A DNA stretch of 64,000 nucleotides from Chrysomallon squamiferum (taxonomy: Eukaryota > Animalia > Mollusca). Under the pieces are notes generated by a model. It was not told the origin of the DNA. It searched no databases and saw nothing but the letters and a program-made list of their open reading frames with translations. Both the position numbers and the translations under genes were made by a program. The stretch is taken from assembly GCA_012295275.1 (NCBI GenBank), contig CM022677.1, positions 10,912,001 to 10,976,000 of the forward strand, read 5' to 3'. This document shows positions 1 to 13,783 of the stretch, piece after piece (within the stretch, counting starts at the first letter, position 1; each line of letters starts with the position of its first letter).

Positions 1-319
1 AAACTTAATATTTATTCATTCATACTATTCAGAATAAAAATAAGAATTTAAATTTATTACGACATTCCATTTTGATACGTGAAAATTTGTATATATTATT
101 TATTATAATTAGAGAAAGAGAGATTTGGGTTTCACTACGACTAAGATTGTACGTTTTCATGAAAATTTCATTTCACTGTAAAAATGTAGCATAAAAATTT
201 CAATTACATATAAATACTGTTTTTCTGCCATTTCATACTGACACATTTAAATTTCACAGATATAATGATTTCTAGAGCGCGGAATGTAACATCAATTCAG
301 GTGTTTAAAAGTGTAATTA

Positions 320-368
<49 letters not shown>

Positions 369-600
369 TCTTTCTTTCATTTTTGTTTGTTTTTATTTTT
401 GTTGTTGATATTATTGCTAACACTGTTATTTTTTTTACTGTGGTACATAATTATTACTATTTTTATTATTGTTATTATTGCTAATATTGGTGTTATAGCT
501 GTTGCTTTTGCTGTTGGTTAATTTTGCTTTAGGCAGAATTGATAAGTTTGTGTGGAGAGAAGAAAGCGAGTTACAGAGAGAGTTAGAGAGAAAAAGACAG
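1..600 (+). repeat. Direct paralog of 17538-18360
   Basis: aaacttaatattt..cattcat..ctattc, agagaaagagagatttgg and aaatttcacagatataatgatttctagagc recur at 17538-18360, giving an approximately 17.5-kb period. Confidence 0.85.
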
Positions 601-962
601 AGACAGAGAAAAACACATGGAGAGAGATACAGACAGACAGACAGACAGACAGAGAGAGAGAGAGAGAGACACAGACAGATGTCAGAAAGACAGAGAGAAA
701 AAAAGTGAGTCAGAGACACATAGAGAGTCAGAGAGACAAAGAGAAAAGACAGTGAGAGAAAAGAGAGAGACAGACAGAGATAAAGAGAGAAAGAGACAGA
801 TAGGGACTGAGACAGAGGGAGAAAGAGACAGAGAGAAAAAGAGACAGGGACATAGGGAGAGACAGAGAGAGATGGAGATAAAGAGATATAGCAGAGAGAA
901 AAAAGAGATTCAGAACAGATAGAGACAGAGAGAGAAAGAGAGATTCAGAGAGAGACAGAGAC

Positions 963-994
<32 letters not shown>

Positions 995-1055
995 CAGAGA
1001 GATAGAGAGAGAGAGAGAAAGAAAGACAGAGAGAGAAAGAGAGACAGAGAGACAG

Positions 1056-1113
<58 letters not shown>

Positions 1114-1233
1114 AAAGAGAGAGACAGTGATAGAGGGAAAGAGAGACAGAGAGAGAGTCAGACAGAGAGAGATAGACACAGAGACTGAGAGAGAGAGAGA
1201 GAGAGAGACAGAGAGAGAGAAAGAGAGAGAGAC

Positions 1234-1282
<49 letters not shown>

Positions 1283-1287
1283 TAGAC

Positions 1288-1330
<43 letters not shown>

Positions 1331-1350
1331 AAGAGAGAGAGAGAGAAAGA
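555..1350. repeat. Compound (AG)n/(AGAC)n microsatellite
   Basis: Direct inspection. Confidence 0.95.
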
Positions 1351-2328
1351 GACTAACCATTAAGAAAATACTAATCATTAACCAAATACTAACCTTTTAA
1401 CCAAATACTAACCATTACTAACATCCCCTACGTGTACTAAACCTCACCGTGGTGTATGTGTGGCAACATTTCCAAAGGGAATGGCTAATTAGTACATTAA
1501 TATAATAACATTATTTTGGTTAGATAGATAGACAGATAGATAGATTATGATAGATAAATAGAAATACCTACATACAGATATAGTTACTGAAGATAGATGA
1601 ACAGATGGATACATAGGGTATTGCTACTTTTTCTAATTTTGAATACAGTGTCATTACTTTGAAAGCTCTTTCTATATACAGATAGACAGACAGGCCAACA
1701 GAGCATAGACAGAAGTGTATGTACTTAAGAATAAGTTATGACATATTAAATATCTCCCTCTGGCTTTCTTTCTCTCTCACTCTCCAAATTACTCATCCTT
1801 ACTTACCTGCATGTTTCTATCTATCTATCTGTCTATCTATATATTTGTTTTATTTCATCATCAATTTCTCTGGCTATTTGTCTATCTATGTATCTGTCTG
1901 TTTGTTGATCAACCTGTGGTATAGCTTAATCTTATTACCTGTCTAGCTAACCATTCATTCATCACTATATCCATTTACCTATCTGTCTGTCTGTTTATAA
2001 CTATAACTATATCTATATATATCTATCTATATATCTATCTATATATATATATATATGGAAAAATAATTATTATTTCTATTACATTTTATTATTGTATCTA
2101 CAGGAAAGACAAGATTCTGGAATCAGCTTCAGTTACAAGAATAGGGAGAAAAATTTAAACAGATGAGGTGTCTACTGATATGGAACAATTATTATTCACA
2201 AAAGATGGATTTTTCTTTCCAAAGCAGTTTCCTAACCTATCAATCTATTTTTCAAGCGATCAATACGTCTAACTATCTCTACATCAAGCTATCTTACCCT
2301 CTCGGTTACAAATAGCACAGTCTATTTT

Positions 2329-2382
<54 letters not shown>

Positions 2383-2607
2383 TTATGTATACACTCTCTC
2401 TATTTATATCATATTTAATTATTTAAATACATTCTTTTTATCTATTTATCTATCTATAAATATATTTATTTATCTATCTATTTATCCCATATACATAAGC
2501 AACAGACTCGGTCTTTCTTACAGGATGCAGTATATACTCATGCCTCCTTGCATCTATCTAGCTTTCTTCTGTCTATCAATTTACCTCTCTATCCACCCTT
2601 TTTTAAT

Positions 2608-2650
<43 letters not shown>

Positions 2651-2699
2651 CTAATCATCTTTAAACACACAAATAAATTATCATTACTATACACACACA

Positions 2700-2738
<39 letters not shown>

Positions 2739-2939
2739 CCATTTCTTAACACACGTCTATCTATATGTCTGTCAGTCTGTCTACAAATCAATCTACCAAA
2801 CTAGTAACATACCTACATATCAGTTTATCTCTCTAGCTTATACGTCTATTTTTCAATAACCATCTATCAATAATATGTCCAGCTCCCTGAATATCTAACT
2901 ATATACTACTTCAAACCTTGCTATCTTGCTGAATGTCTG

Positions 2940-3240
2940 TCTATATAATCTATCTGTATTTATTTCTGTGTGTGTATTTATACAGAGATAAATAGTTACA
3001 TATTTCTGTATTTATATCTTTTATCTATATAATCTATCTGTATTTATCTCTGTATATCTATCTGTATAATCTATCTGTATCTATCTGTATTTATCTTTAT
3101 ATCTGTCTGTATAATCTATCTGTATTTATCTCTGTATATATATAATCTATCTTTATTTATTCTGTATATCTATCTACATAATCTACCTGTATTTATTTAT
3201 ATATATATATATATATAATCTATCTGTATTTATCTCTGGA
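2940..3240. repeat. Degenerate short tandem repeat (ataatctatctgtatttatct)
   Basis: Motif repeated with variation. Confidence 0.75.
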
Positions 3241-3589
3241 TATCTACCTTTAAGTTATCAGTTCATCACTAACTCAAACACAGATCCAATCCTTTCTGTT
3301 TTCTGTCTGCCTCTGTGTGTATTTATCTATGTACATATACATGATCATATCCACTTTACCATCATATATGCTTACACCTATCTATTTATCCATCCATCGA
3401 ACTCTAAGGAAATGCCTCCCTATATATATTTCTCTATCCATCAATAACAATCCCTTGAATCAGCTATTCATCTTCCTGACTATCTCCCTAAATTATTATA
3501 ACTACGTTTTATATCTATCTTTCTGTGTTACTGTCCATTTATAACTCTCATTCACAATTCCCATATTTAGCGATCCTTATCAATCACTG

Positions 3590-3629
<40 letters not shown>

Positions 3630-3899
3630 TCTATGTCACCTATCTATATGTATCTCTATATGTATATCTAAGTACACAATTTCTCATTCTATCTACATAA
3701 TCAACCTACCTAACAGTTTATATATCAATAACATCTATCAGTCATTTAAACATCTTCTTGTCTACATACCTTCAAACCTCCCTATAGTTCTGTATGTTTG
3801 CACACATATTTACTCAATATATTCACTCTTCAAAAAAGACAAGTGACTTTTCCTTCTATATACTATTCTCTGCTCCAGCTTACATACCTACACCTGTAG

Positions 3900-3940
<41 letters not shown>

Positions 3941-3999
3941 GTCTTCCACATTACCATCATACCTGCCTACACCTATCTGTCTGTCTGCTACATAATGCT

Positions 4000-4640
4000 C
4001 TACATATATCTACATATCAACCTACTGACCTATTGACCTACCTACCTATCTGTCCCTCTCTGTGTCTGATGTCTGTTAGATAACTATCTACATATATCTA
4101 CATATCAACCTACTGAACTACTGACCTACCTATATGTCCCTCTCTGTGTCTGATGTCTATTAGTTAACTATCTACATATATCTACATATCAACCTACTGA
4201 ACTACTGACCTACCTACCTATCTGTCCCTCTGTGTGTCTGTTGTCTGTTAGATAACTATCTACATATATCTACATATCAACCTACTGAACCTACCTACTA
4301 CCTATCTGTCCCTCTCTGTGTCTGATATCTATTAGATAACTATCTACATATATCTACATATCAACCTACTGAACTACTGACCTACCTACCTATCTGTCCC
4401 TCTGTGTGTCTGATATCTATTAGTTAACTATCTACATATATCCCTACTGAACTACTGACCTACCTACCTATCTGTCCCTCTGTGTGTCTGATATCTATTA
4501 GATAACTATCTACATATATCTACATATCAACCTACTGAACTACTGACCTACCTACCTATTTGTCCCTCTCTGTGTCTGATATCTCTTAGTTAACTATCTA
4601 CATATATCTGCATATCAACCTACTGAACTACTGACCTACA
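4000..4640. repeat. Minisatellite, about 85-bp unit, 7-8 copies
   Basis: Unit tacatatatctacatatcaacctactgaactactgacctacctacctatctgtccctctctgtgtctgat..ttagataactatc. Confidence 0.92.
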
Positions 4641-5099
4641 TACCAATTTGTTTATCTATCCACATTATCACAGATCAATAACCATCCATCAATCATATAT
4701 CTAATTCCCTGTCAAACTACCTACATACATAACTAACTATGTCTAGATAGCTACATTACAACCTATGTATTTTACTGTATGTCTACACTCTCAGCCTGGC
4801 ACACAAACACACATGACAGAAAGAAGAAAACACAGAATAGATAGATAGACACTGACATGTTTAACTATCTGCCTAAATTCATCTACATCTATGAATTCAT
4901 TTGTTAACTTCTACTGATCTAACTGTCTATCAGTCTATCAATAATATCTCCCTCTTTTCTTTCTGTGTATCTCTTTACCTGTTAACCTCCCATCAGACAG
5001 TCAGTCTCATATCTCTGTCAATCTTCTCTCCTTTCCTTTAAATCACTTATAGTTGCTCTAAACTTGCTAATATTGTCTATGAAAACAACATTAAGCTGG

Positions 5100-7850
5100 A
5101 ACCTGCTTGTTGTCTATCTGTAAATATCATTGCTCCACATATTTTCATTTCTTCTATAATTTGTAATGTAGAAACACACATAGCTTTTGCAGTGTCATTA
5201 GTCATTACAGTGGAAGTTTTTTGTTCCCTTCCATAATAACCAAGAATCATCCACTGTTAACTACTGGAGAATAATCAATCAACACTGATGTGTACTGTCA
5301 ACATTTTCTCTGGAAACTGCTTTGGAAAGAAAAATCCATCTTTTGTGAATAATAATTGTTCCATATCAGTAGATACCTCATCTGTTTAAATTCTTCTCCC
5401 TATTCTTGTAACTGAAGCTGATTCCAGAATCTTGTCTTTCCTGTAGATACATAATAAAATTTAATAGAATAATAAGTATTTTTCGATTGTGTTTAATTGT
5501 CTGTAATGTTAGAAAGAAATTATTATAAATAAACATCATCTGTCTCTTATTGTAATAGATTTTAATAATAAATCACAAATAATTTAAACAAAAAATATAT
5601 ATCTATGAAAAAGTATCACTACAAATTTTACATTCTTGTCAATTTAAAAAGAAAAATTGTCTTTTATAACTAAATTCATAAACATATGTGAAAATATTTC
5701 TTTATGAAAGATTTTCTAATACTAAACAAGAATGCATTGATTAGATCAAAATATTTTAAAGTTAAGCAATACAAACATAACATGAAAATGTAATAATAAT
5801 AATAATACAAATACCACTAATATTTCTCAAAGCTGAAATCTATAAAATTGTGAATACTCCTCTGAATCTTCAGCACTGACATGCCTTGTACTGTAAGGGA
5901 GAGCGAGAGATCTGAAAAACTCTGTCTTTGACCAAGTCTTTAAAAGAAATACAAAATCTGACATGGAATTGACAGTTTCCACCTGTAAATTGAAAAGAAT
6001 TCATTGTCACCAGCCTATAAAAATATCTAATTGATAAGTTCTGGCATTTATTAGTTTACTAATAGATACCAAAGCTTTTAGGTTCTAATAACAAACTGTT
6101 GATGTCACTCTCCACTAGGTATGTGAATTCAGTCATTTTGATTACAAGCTGCATTACTTTTTTGGAACACTTAGAACTGATTCTATACATCTAATTTTAG
6201 ATTTCATTTAAAATTTAAGTTAATAATCTGGCTACATTTATCCAGAATAATAATCTTTTAATCCCAAAAGATCAAGAGAATTCCAATTAATTACAAATAT
6301 TTAACATTTTAAAATGTGATGATATAATTAATTCAAACCATAAAAAAGTCCTTTATACCTTCAGATCTTTTTGTTATATTTAAGAAAAAAGATAAATATA
6401 TTTTTATAACATTAAATTACAGCTGAATAAATTCTTAAAAAAATAAACATTATCTGTGGAAAATTTTGTGGATTTTGTACATTCCCCTTTTTTTAGACAC
6501 ATACATCTAAATAAACAAATATAGAAAGAAAAATTAATAAAATAAAAATAAAATAACAATAAATAAAAATAAGCATCATGTTTATCATTCTAATCTTAAA
6601 TTATTTAAATGACTAATTTTTTTTTACCTATTTCAGGCTAGGAGCATTTGATTAATTTCACAAAGATTAAAATCTTTTGGAAGAAAAATTTCAGTCATGG
6701 AAAAATTATTATTAAGAATTATACTTTAACAATGTTTTAATACTGACTCTATTTATCTGGATATAGGTGTGAATTACTGAGAACAAAATAAAGAGAATTC
6801 TATCATTTTAACTAAGTCTGTGTGAAATAAATATTTCCCATAAAACAATTATTAGTGGCTCTTGTTTTAAAACATATGGAACGAAAGAAACAGTTGCCCA
6901 AATAATTTTATTATTAGTTATTATTATAAAAGATATCGAGGCCTCTTACTTCAGAACAGTTTTCTGTTTGATTGAATTCCTCTGACTGGCTAGTAACAGT
7001 ATCAGAAGAATTTGTCATCTTCAGGTTTTTTTCTCCAAATCACCTGCAAAACCAGAAAGAGATTTCACTTTAATGTTTTTCTTTGCCTGGTTTTAGCACG
7101 TTCAAGTTTTTTCTCCCTGATATTTGACTGTTGAGATTGGTGACCTGGTGTAAGACTCTCCAACTTAAGAATTGTTGTAGGTCTGACGTGGTCGGCTTCA
7201 ATGTCCAGGTCACCAAAATTGAGCTCTTCATCAGCAGAACTTTGAACAACTCTGAGTCAGAGTCACATTGGTGGGTGCACTGCCTAGTTTGAGTAAATAA
7301 ATAAATAAATAAATAAAATACTGCTACTATTACATTTACTGCAACACAACATGCTACTTTTATTACCATCATTACTGTAACTAATATTTACTATTATTCC
7401 TTATTCAACTGGGGTTACTGTTATTAAAATAATACTCCTATTACTAAAATTACTATCCATTAATAATAAAAGTGATATTTTTGCTCTCTTCATTATTAGT
7501 GCTAAGCCTTATTTCTTTATACTAATATTATTATAATTACTACAACAACAACTATGACTACTATTACTACCACTATTGCTGCTATTACACAACTCTTCTT
7601 GTTACAATTTCTCTGAAAACAACTGCTATTAGTACTGCTACCACCACCATTACAACCAGTAATTTGACTACAAACAGTTTTTTTAATCACCATGAGTCTC
7701 ACAAGATACATTACTATTACACAGCTATGGACATCAGCTAAAACATCACCAAAATTTTACAACATTACTATAACAAGTAGTTTATTATTAATACTGCTAC
7801 AAGAATTAATGCTGTAACAACTACATTACTACAACAATAGATAGACAGAC

Positions 7851-7904
<54 letters not shown>

Positions 7905-9200
7905 AGGGAGGGAGGGAGGTAGGTAGGTTTAGAATAATTCCAGTGGCAGCAAACTTTATCCTCAGTGCTGGACAGCACCTTCTATCGAAACAACTTCACT
8001 AGCCAACATCAGCAAATCAATTAGACCTGTATGTGTATTCTGAAAATAAAAATATACAAATAAAATAATTAAAATAATAAACTGTTAAAAATAAATAACT
8101 AATGTTTCTGTTATTATTTAAATTTTACTGTTATCAGTTGCTGGATTATTCAGACACAAAGGGATGTGTGATATTTTTGATATATTTTGTATAATCATTA
8201 TAATGATAATGATAATAATGATAATAATTTAAATAATCAACAAAACAATAGCAAACAAATGATTATTATTATGCTATTTTACAATCAGTAAAGAGTTGTT
8301 ACTATAAAACTTATTTTATTTGCTAAGAAATAAAAGTAAGATAAAAAAACTTACAACTTGGAATTGTGTTGTCTGAATCAGGTATAGGACTAGCTCAATC
8401 CTTCGAACTATCAATGTAGCTGACATCACTCTCATGAATGTTGCCTTCCTGAGTCTCATCTTGTTCTGCTGCATCTACAGACTTTGTTTTCTTCTCTCTC
8501 TTTTCTTTATCTTCTCATCCAGCTTCATTATCAGAGCAGCAAGCTCAAATATCACCTGCTGCTCAACTTCCTGGTTGTTTTCTTTGCCACAGTCATGCAC
8601 ACGTCATCAGGCAGCATAGCAGATGATGTGTTTTTACCAGCATCAGCTTGTTTTCACAAAACTGCAGAATTCAATGGCTCTTGGCCCTTTTCTTCTTGTT
8701 CCTGTCCATGCTGAATGTAAACCATCGATATATCTATAGTATTCCAGCAGCACTTGCACTCTACAGTGTGGTTCTGGTCAGTGATTGTGTAGCTGGATGA
8801 GAAATTCATAAAATATTTCACTCGCATCTGATTTTTCATAGAAACATTCTTTAAATTCATTTGGAACATTTTCTCCTTATACATTCTGCATTATCCATGC
8901 CACTGATGATTTTAATTTGTCCTGGAAAACATCAAAAATAAATAAATATTAGTAATGATATGAAAAAGCAAATGGATAATAATAATAAATACCTTATACA
9001 TTCACAGGTTTATACTGTATGAGTTGAACATTTTGTAATACATATAGGTGTGTTGAAGCAATTATTGTCAACCAGGTACATTATCCGTAGATACAGATGT
9101 AAATAGTTTTGGATGCCGTAGCATTAGTCATATTATCTGCATACAATTTGCAGTGATTGGTAACACAAAATTAAGACTAAACAATTCTTCTTTATGCTGT
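5100..9200 (-). pseudogene. Decayed multi-exon gene, copy 1
   Basis: Exon-like blocks with acceptors/donors at about 8355-8921, 6950-7290, 5860-5983 and 5100-5441. The 8355-8921 block encodes ..IDGLHSAWT..AIEFCSFV.., similar to the + strand exons at 53672-54160. Stops and frameshifts are present. Confidence 0.5.
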
Positions 9201-9349
9201 TCACATTAGAAAAAAATAAAAAAAATAAAAAATAAAAATTGATAAAAAATATTAAAATCAATAAAATCAATAATAAATAAATAAATATTATTCGCTAATA
9301 AAAAAAAATAATAATAAATAAATAAATAAATAAATAAATAAATTAAAAA

Positions 9350-9915
9350 ATATATATTATTTCCGAATAAGATGGCTACCATCAGGTTGCTGTGACGTTT
9401 AAATTATACTTAAATAAAATCAAAAAAATCCAAACTCATTAACAACTATAATAATAAATAGTACTACCTGTCTGCTTCACAAAATGAAATACTTTAAGCA
9501 ACTTTTTTGTTGCATGATAATGCGATTACACCAATTCTGTAGAAGATTCTTCGAACGTCAAACAAAAAATTAAATCCGTCAAGTCTCGACAATCATCCCG
9601 CATTTTTCCGAAAATACAATCCTAAAAACAAGAAATAAAAAGAGTTCAAAATAAATAAATAACATAAAGGAACATAACAACTTTTATTAAAATATACTCG
9701 ATGTGGTTCTTTTTTTTTAATTATTATTATTTGTTGCTTTTTTTTTAGCCAATCATCGAAGTAAACTTCAAAATAAACGGTGTTGTTCTTTTTTTCCCCC
9801 TACTTTTTCTTTCTTCTTCTTTTTTATTTATTTATATTTATGCACCAAATAAAATCACAAAGCTTACAGTTCACACTACAATAAAATGGTACAACATTTA
9901 TTTATCTTAAAACAA

Positions 9916-9969
<54 letters not shown>

Positions 9970-11597
9970 TCAATGTTTGAACCTGTTCTATCAGTTCTAT
10001 TATCAGTATCAAAGTGGAAACTAATCAAATGAAGGGTATATTTCACCTTTTCGGACGACTTCTCCTGGTGTACTGAAATGTTAAATAAAAACATGTGAAA
10101 GTAAATACAACAAACAGGAAAGTAAAAAGGATATGTACTTAAGAGAAAAAAGAGTGTGGCTGACTAGATTGATTTCGATGCCTATATTAATGTTCATAAA
10201 TTGATAGATTTGATTAGTTTTGATTAGATTTGATTAGTTAAATAGAAAAAAAGTAGAAACATCTAGCAAAAAAAAAAAAAAAAAAAAAAAAAAAGAAAGA
10301 AGTAAACCAAAAATAAATAAATCACACTTCACGTTCACAAGCAGGTACCTGCATTGTCTCTTGTATTGTTTTCCGTATTTCCTAATTTTCGTTGCTTGTA
10401 AAGCAATGAAGTTCTTTTGATAAAAAAAACTATTAAAATAAGTTATAGTTTTCTTCAAAACGATTGCGTTTTTCAGCCATTGATTTCAGTGTAAAAATGA
10501 CGAAACAATTTTCAACAAAAGATTTACAGTGACTTAGAAGATCGGCGGGAAATATAAATATGTCGACTAGACATATCTCATATCTATCTTGAAAAAAGAT
10601 CAAACCCAACGGTAGGCCTATAATTCCCACATTTCTAACTACCGCCAATGTTTTGCACGCACAGTCATATACTAAGATTGTTTTAAGAAATATTTATGTA
10701 TATATATACACAGATCATGATCATAATATCTGTATGTCAAATCAGTTTAATGTGAAAACGTAGTACAATAATTCTTCTAGTACTTCAAATAGTATATTAT
10801 TTGTTTTGAGATACTACTGCAGCTGTTATTTAAGAAGCTTTACAAGACAACTTAGAAATGTAATAGATCCGTAATTATCCGCATCATTTTTAATCAGCCT
10901 TAGAAAAAGAATGGGAATTAGTGAATGCAAAATGGGCTATAGACATAGAGATTTCAGCAGTTGTTATCTACATCAAAATATCCACACACACACATTATTT
11001 ATATATGTGATTGTTTTTTTTATGTGTTTATGCATATACTTAGAATTAGAAAACGCGTTGGCTTAAGAATTTTATTGTCAAAAATAATCATTTTCTAATT
11101 TCATTCGAATTTAAGTCCAATTCGCTGGTTTTCCACTGTTTTTACTAAACATTTATTCAACAACATAAAACTTTTTAAAATTGAATACAGAAGTATTCTG
11201 GATTGTACGGAAATACACTTCTAGAACAATGCATATAAATATTTTTAAAACATTTCAAAAACTGTTTACATAGTATCCTTTTTTCGATATCTATAAATAA
11301 AAGTGTAACCTCTCAAAACATTATTTTTCAAATCATTACCGCACTGGCTGCTACACCATCATATTTTGTATCTTATTTTGTATAAACAAGAATGTATATC
11401 GCCAAATATATCAATATCGTTATTAAATCTACTCTTTTTTTTCTATCCATAAGTTCGCCTCATTGAATGATCTTGTATCGAATGTTCTGTTACAGTTGTC
11501 CCCGTTCGCAAAGATGCAATTAATTTTTTGTATATATATACATACTAGTGGTAATATAGGCAATGTCGATGAACATTATTAATTAATTAATGTATTC

Positions 11598-11638
<41 letters not shown>

Positions 11639-13744
11639 TAATTATTAAACTAAATCATGTTGACTGTCTAAAACATTTTTATGAGTACGCTAATGATCTA
11701 CCTTTTAGTTTTTATGTGAACCCCTTCCAATATTTCTTGTGGGGATGGATAGGATAAAAGCGGGTGAGTTTAGGGTCCCAGACAGAGAGGGTGAGGTGTA
11801 CACATGCCCTCCCGCCCTACACCGGAAGCTTCTTTCTTCCTTTCATTGTCTTTCCCTGTTCATAAAGTTTATATGCATAATTATGATTCTTAGGTTTAAA
11901 CAAAGCAGTTGGTTTTTGCCTTGATGCACATTGAAAGGCTCACATATTGAAGTGTTTTTAATAAGAAGTGTTTTTGGTAATGTCAGTTTTTGTTTATTTC
12001 AGTGTGTGAGAGAAAGAAAAAAGTGTTATATAGTAAAGGTGTAAAAGAACATGTGGGGTATTTTCTCATCACACAAATATGTTAACACACCACACCCTAG
12101 ATCTGTACCTGCTGTCTTCTGTACAGAGAAATATCTATTTAACTTACTGTTTAGATGTTATAATTACTAATGTTGATATTTATTAAAATAAATATAATTT
12201 TTTTCATTTTCTGTTGTTGCCTAGTTTTTCATTATCAATGCATTTTAAGATAAATTTGAGTGAACTGTTACGAATGCAGTAAACATCTCTACCAAAAAAT
12301 TTTAACGCATTTTTGTAACGGGAATCTAAATATTCGAATGAAGAAATTTGTGAATGTTGTTTATAATTTCATTACACTTTATTAATATTGAATTCGGTCG
12401 TCCCAGAAAAACAAGCTGTGTTGGTTAAACAAGTGCACACTTCAGCATCAAACCTATCAGAAAATGTATCTTTTTTCTTAGAACATGATTATTGTAAACA
12501 CTGATGTGAAAACATCTGTGATTTCTTCAAGTGAGGATAATGTAAATTCTCTTAACCCACCTGATCGCTGAATGTTAATCATAAAACAAACGACCTGAAT
12601 TGATATAAGGAACACGTTTTTGTTAGTTTGCGTACATTTCAATAAAACTATTGAGTCCTTTTTCACATTCGCAGTTTACAAAAGGCATTTTTCTTACACA
12701 TTCATATTCACAAAATAAATTTAAATAGGATAATTTTACATATTTATACAGACAGATAGATATGGACACACACACACACACACACACACTCACACACACA
12801 CACATTCACTGCGTATATACATTTTCCTCCTAGATTTTTCGGTGATAATATTAAAAAGAACCCTTGAATTAATGTTTGGTCTTTATTCAGAAACCTATTA
12901 ATGTCGATGTTCCTGCCGTTATTTATGTATTCCTTTTCGTTTTTTATTGGCTGTTATTCTTATTTTCTGACCGTGCCTGTCATATATGAAAATATATCAT
13001 TATTACCTGTATTAATGTCGTTGTAATGGCGTTACTTCACCCTGTTAGTTTGCCTTTTATTAAGTATTGCAATTAGTGTCCACATCCTACGTTAAAAAAT
13101 ATCATTAATATTTCTATTAATGAGGCCGTCATTGCCGTCGTTCCAGTATTGTTCTTAACGTCTTGGTTTACACCTGATTACTGGGCGGATGGGGAAATGG
13201 ATCACTGAAAGTTAAGATTGATATTCATCAAACACAGAGACACACACAGATACAGAGACCAGGATGAATTACATTTAGCTGTAAACTGACGGACATGTTG
13301 GATGCAGGGAAAGGAATCAGAGATGGTTTGATGCATTTTTGTTCAACGGATAGATAGACCAAACAAGATACCTTCATATAGATTAAAAGACGACAGATAT
13401 AGATTTATAGATAGATGGAAACAGAGATAGACAGATAGATAGATAGATATAAAATGAAAAAGGCTAATATGGCTGGGTCATATTGTGTATTCAGTCTAAC
13501 ATAATATCAGCGTCCACTCATCTTTTCCTTTATATCTTACGTCTCATACAGTTTTAGAAAAGATTATTAACCTTTACGTTTCTCTACATTCTTACCTTCT
13601 GCTAAAACGCGAGAAGTCGCAATATTAACGTCATAAATTAAGATTAAAATGATAATTTCAAGTAAGAAATCGATTACAGAGAATACCTAGTATATTGGGA
13701 AATATAGAGCGTACTTTCAATTTATTTTTATTTTTTTTATTTTA

Positions 13745-13783
<39 letters not shown>

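Noticed and set aside
435-1378. ORFs rich in SLSL/ERER/HTHT (also at 2327, 18246-18556, 44501 and 58648)
   Set aside because: They are translations of microsatellites.
4000-4640. Regular repeats resembling a CRISPR array (also 21308-21664 and 53150-53426)
   Set aside because: Whole units repeat with no unique spacers, there are no cas genes and the context is eukaryotic.
11720-11940. GC-richer island that might be a SINE or tRNA-derived element
   Set aside because: No convincing A/B boxes, cloverleaf or second copy in the window.
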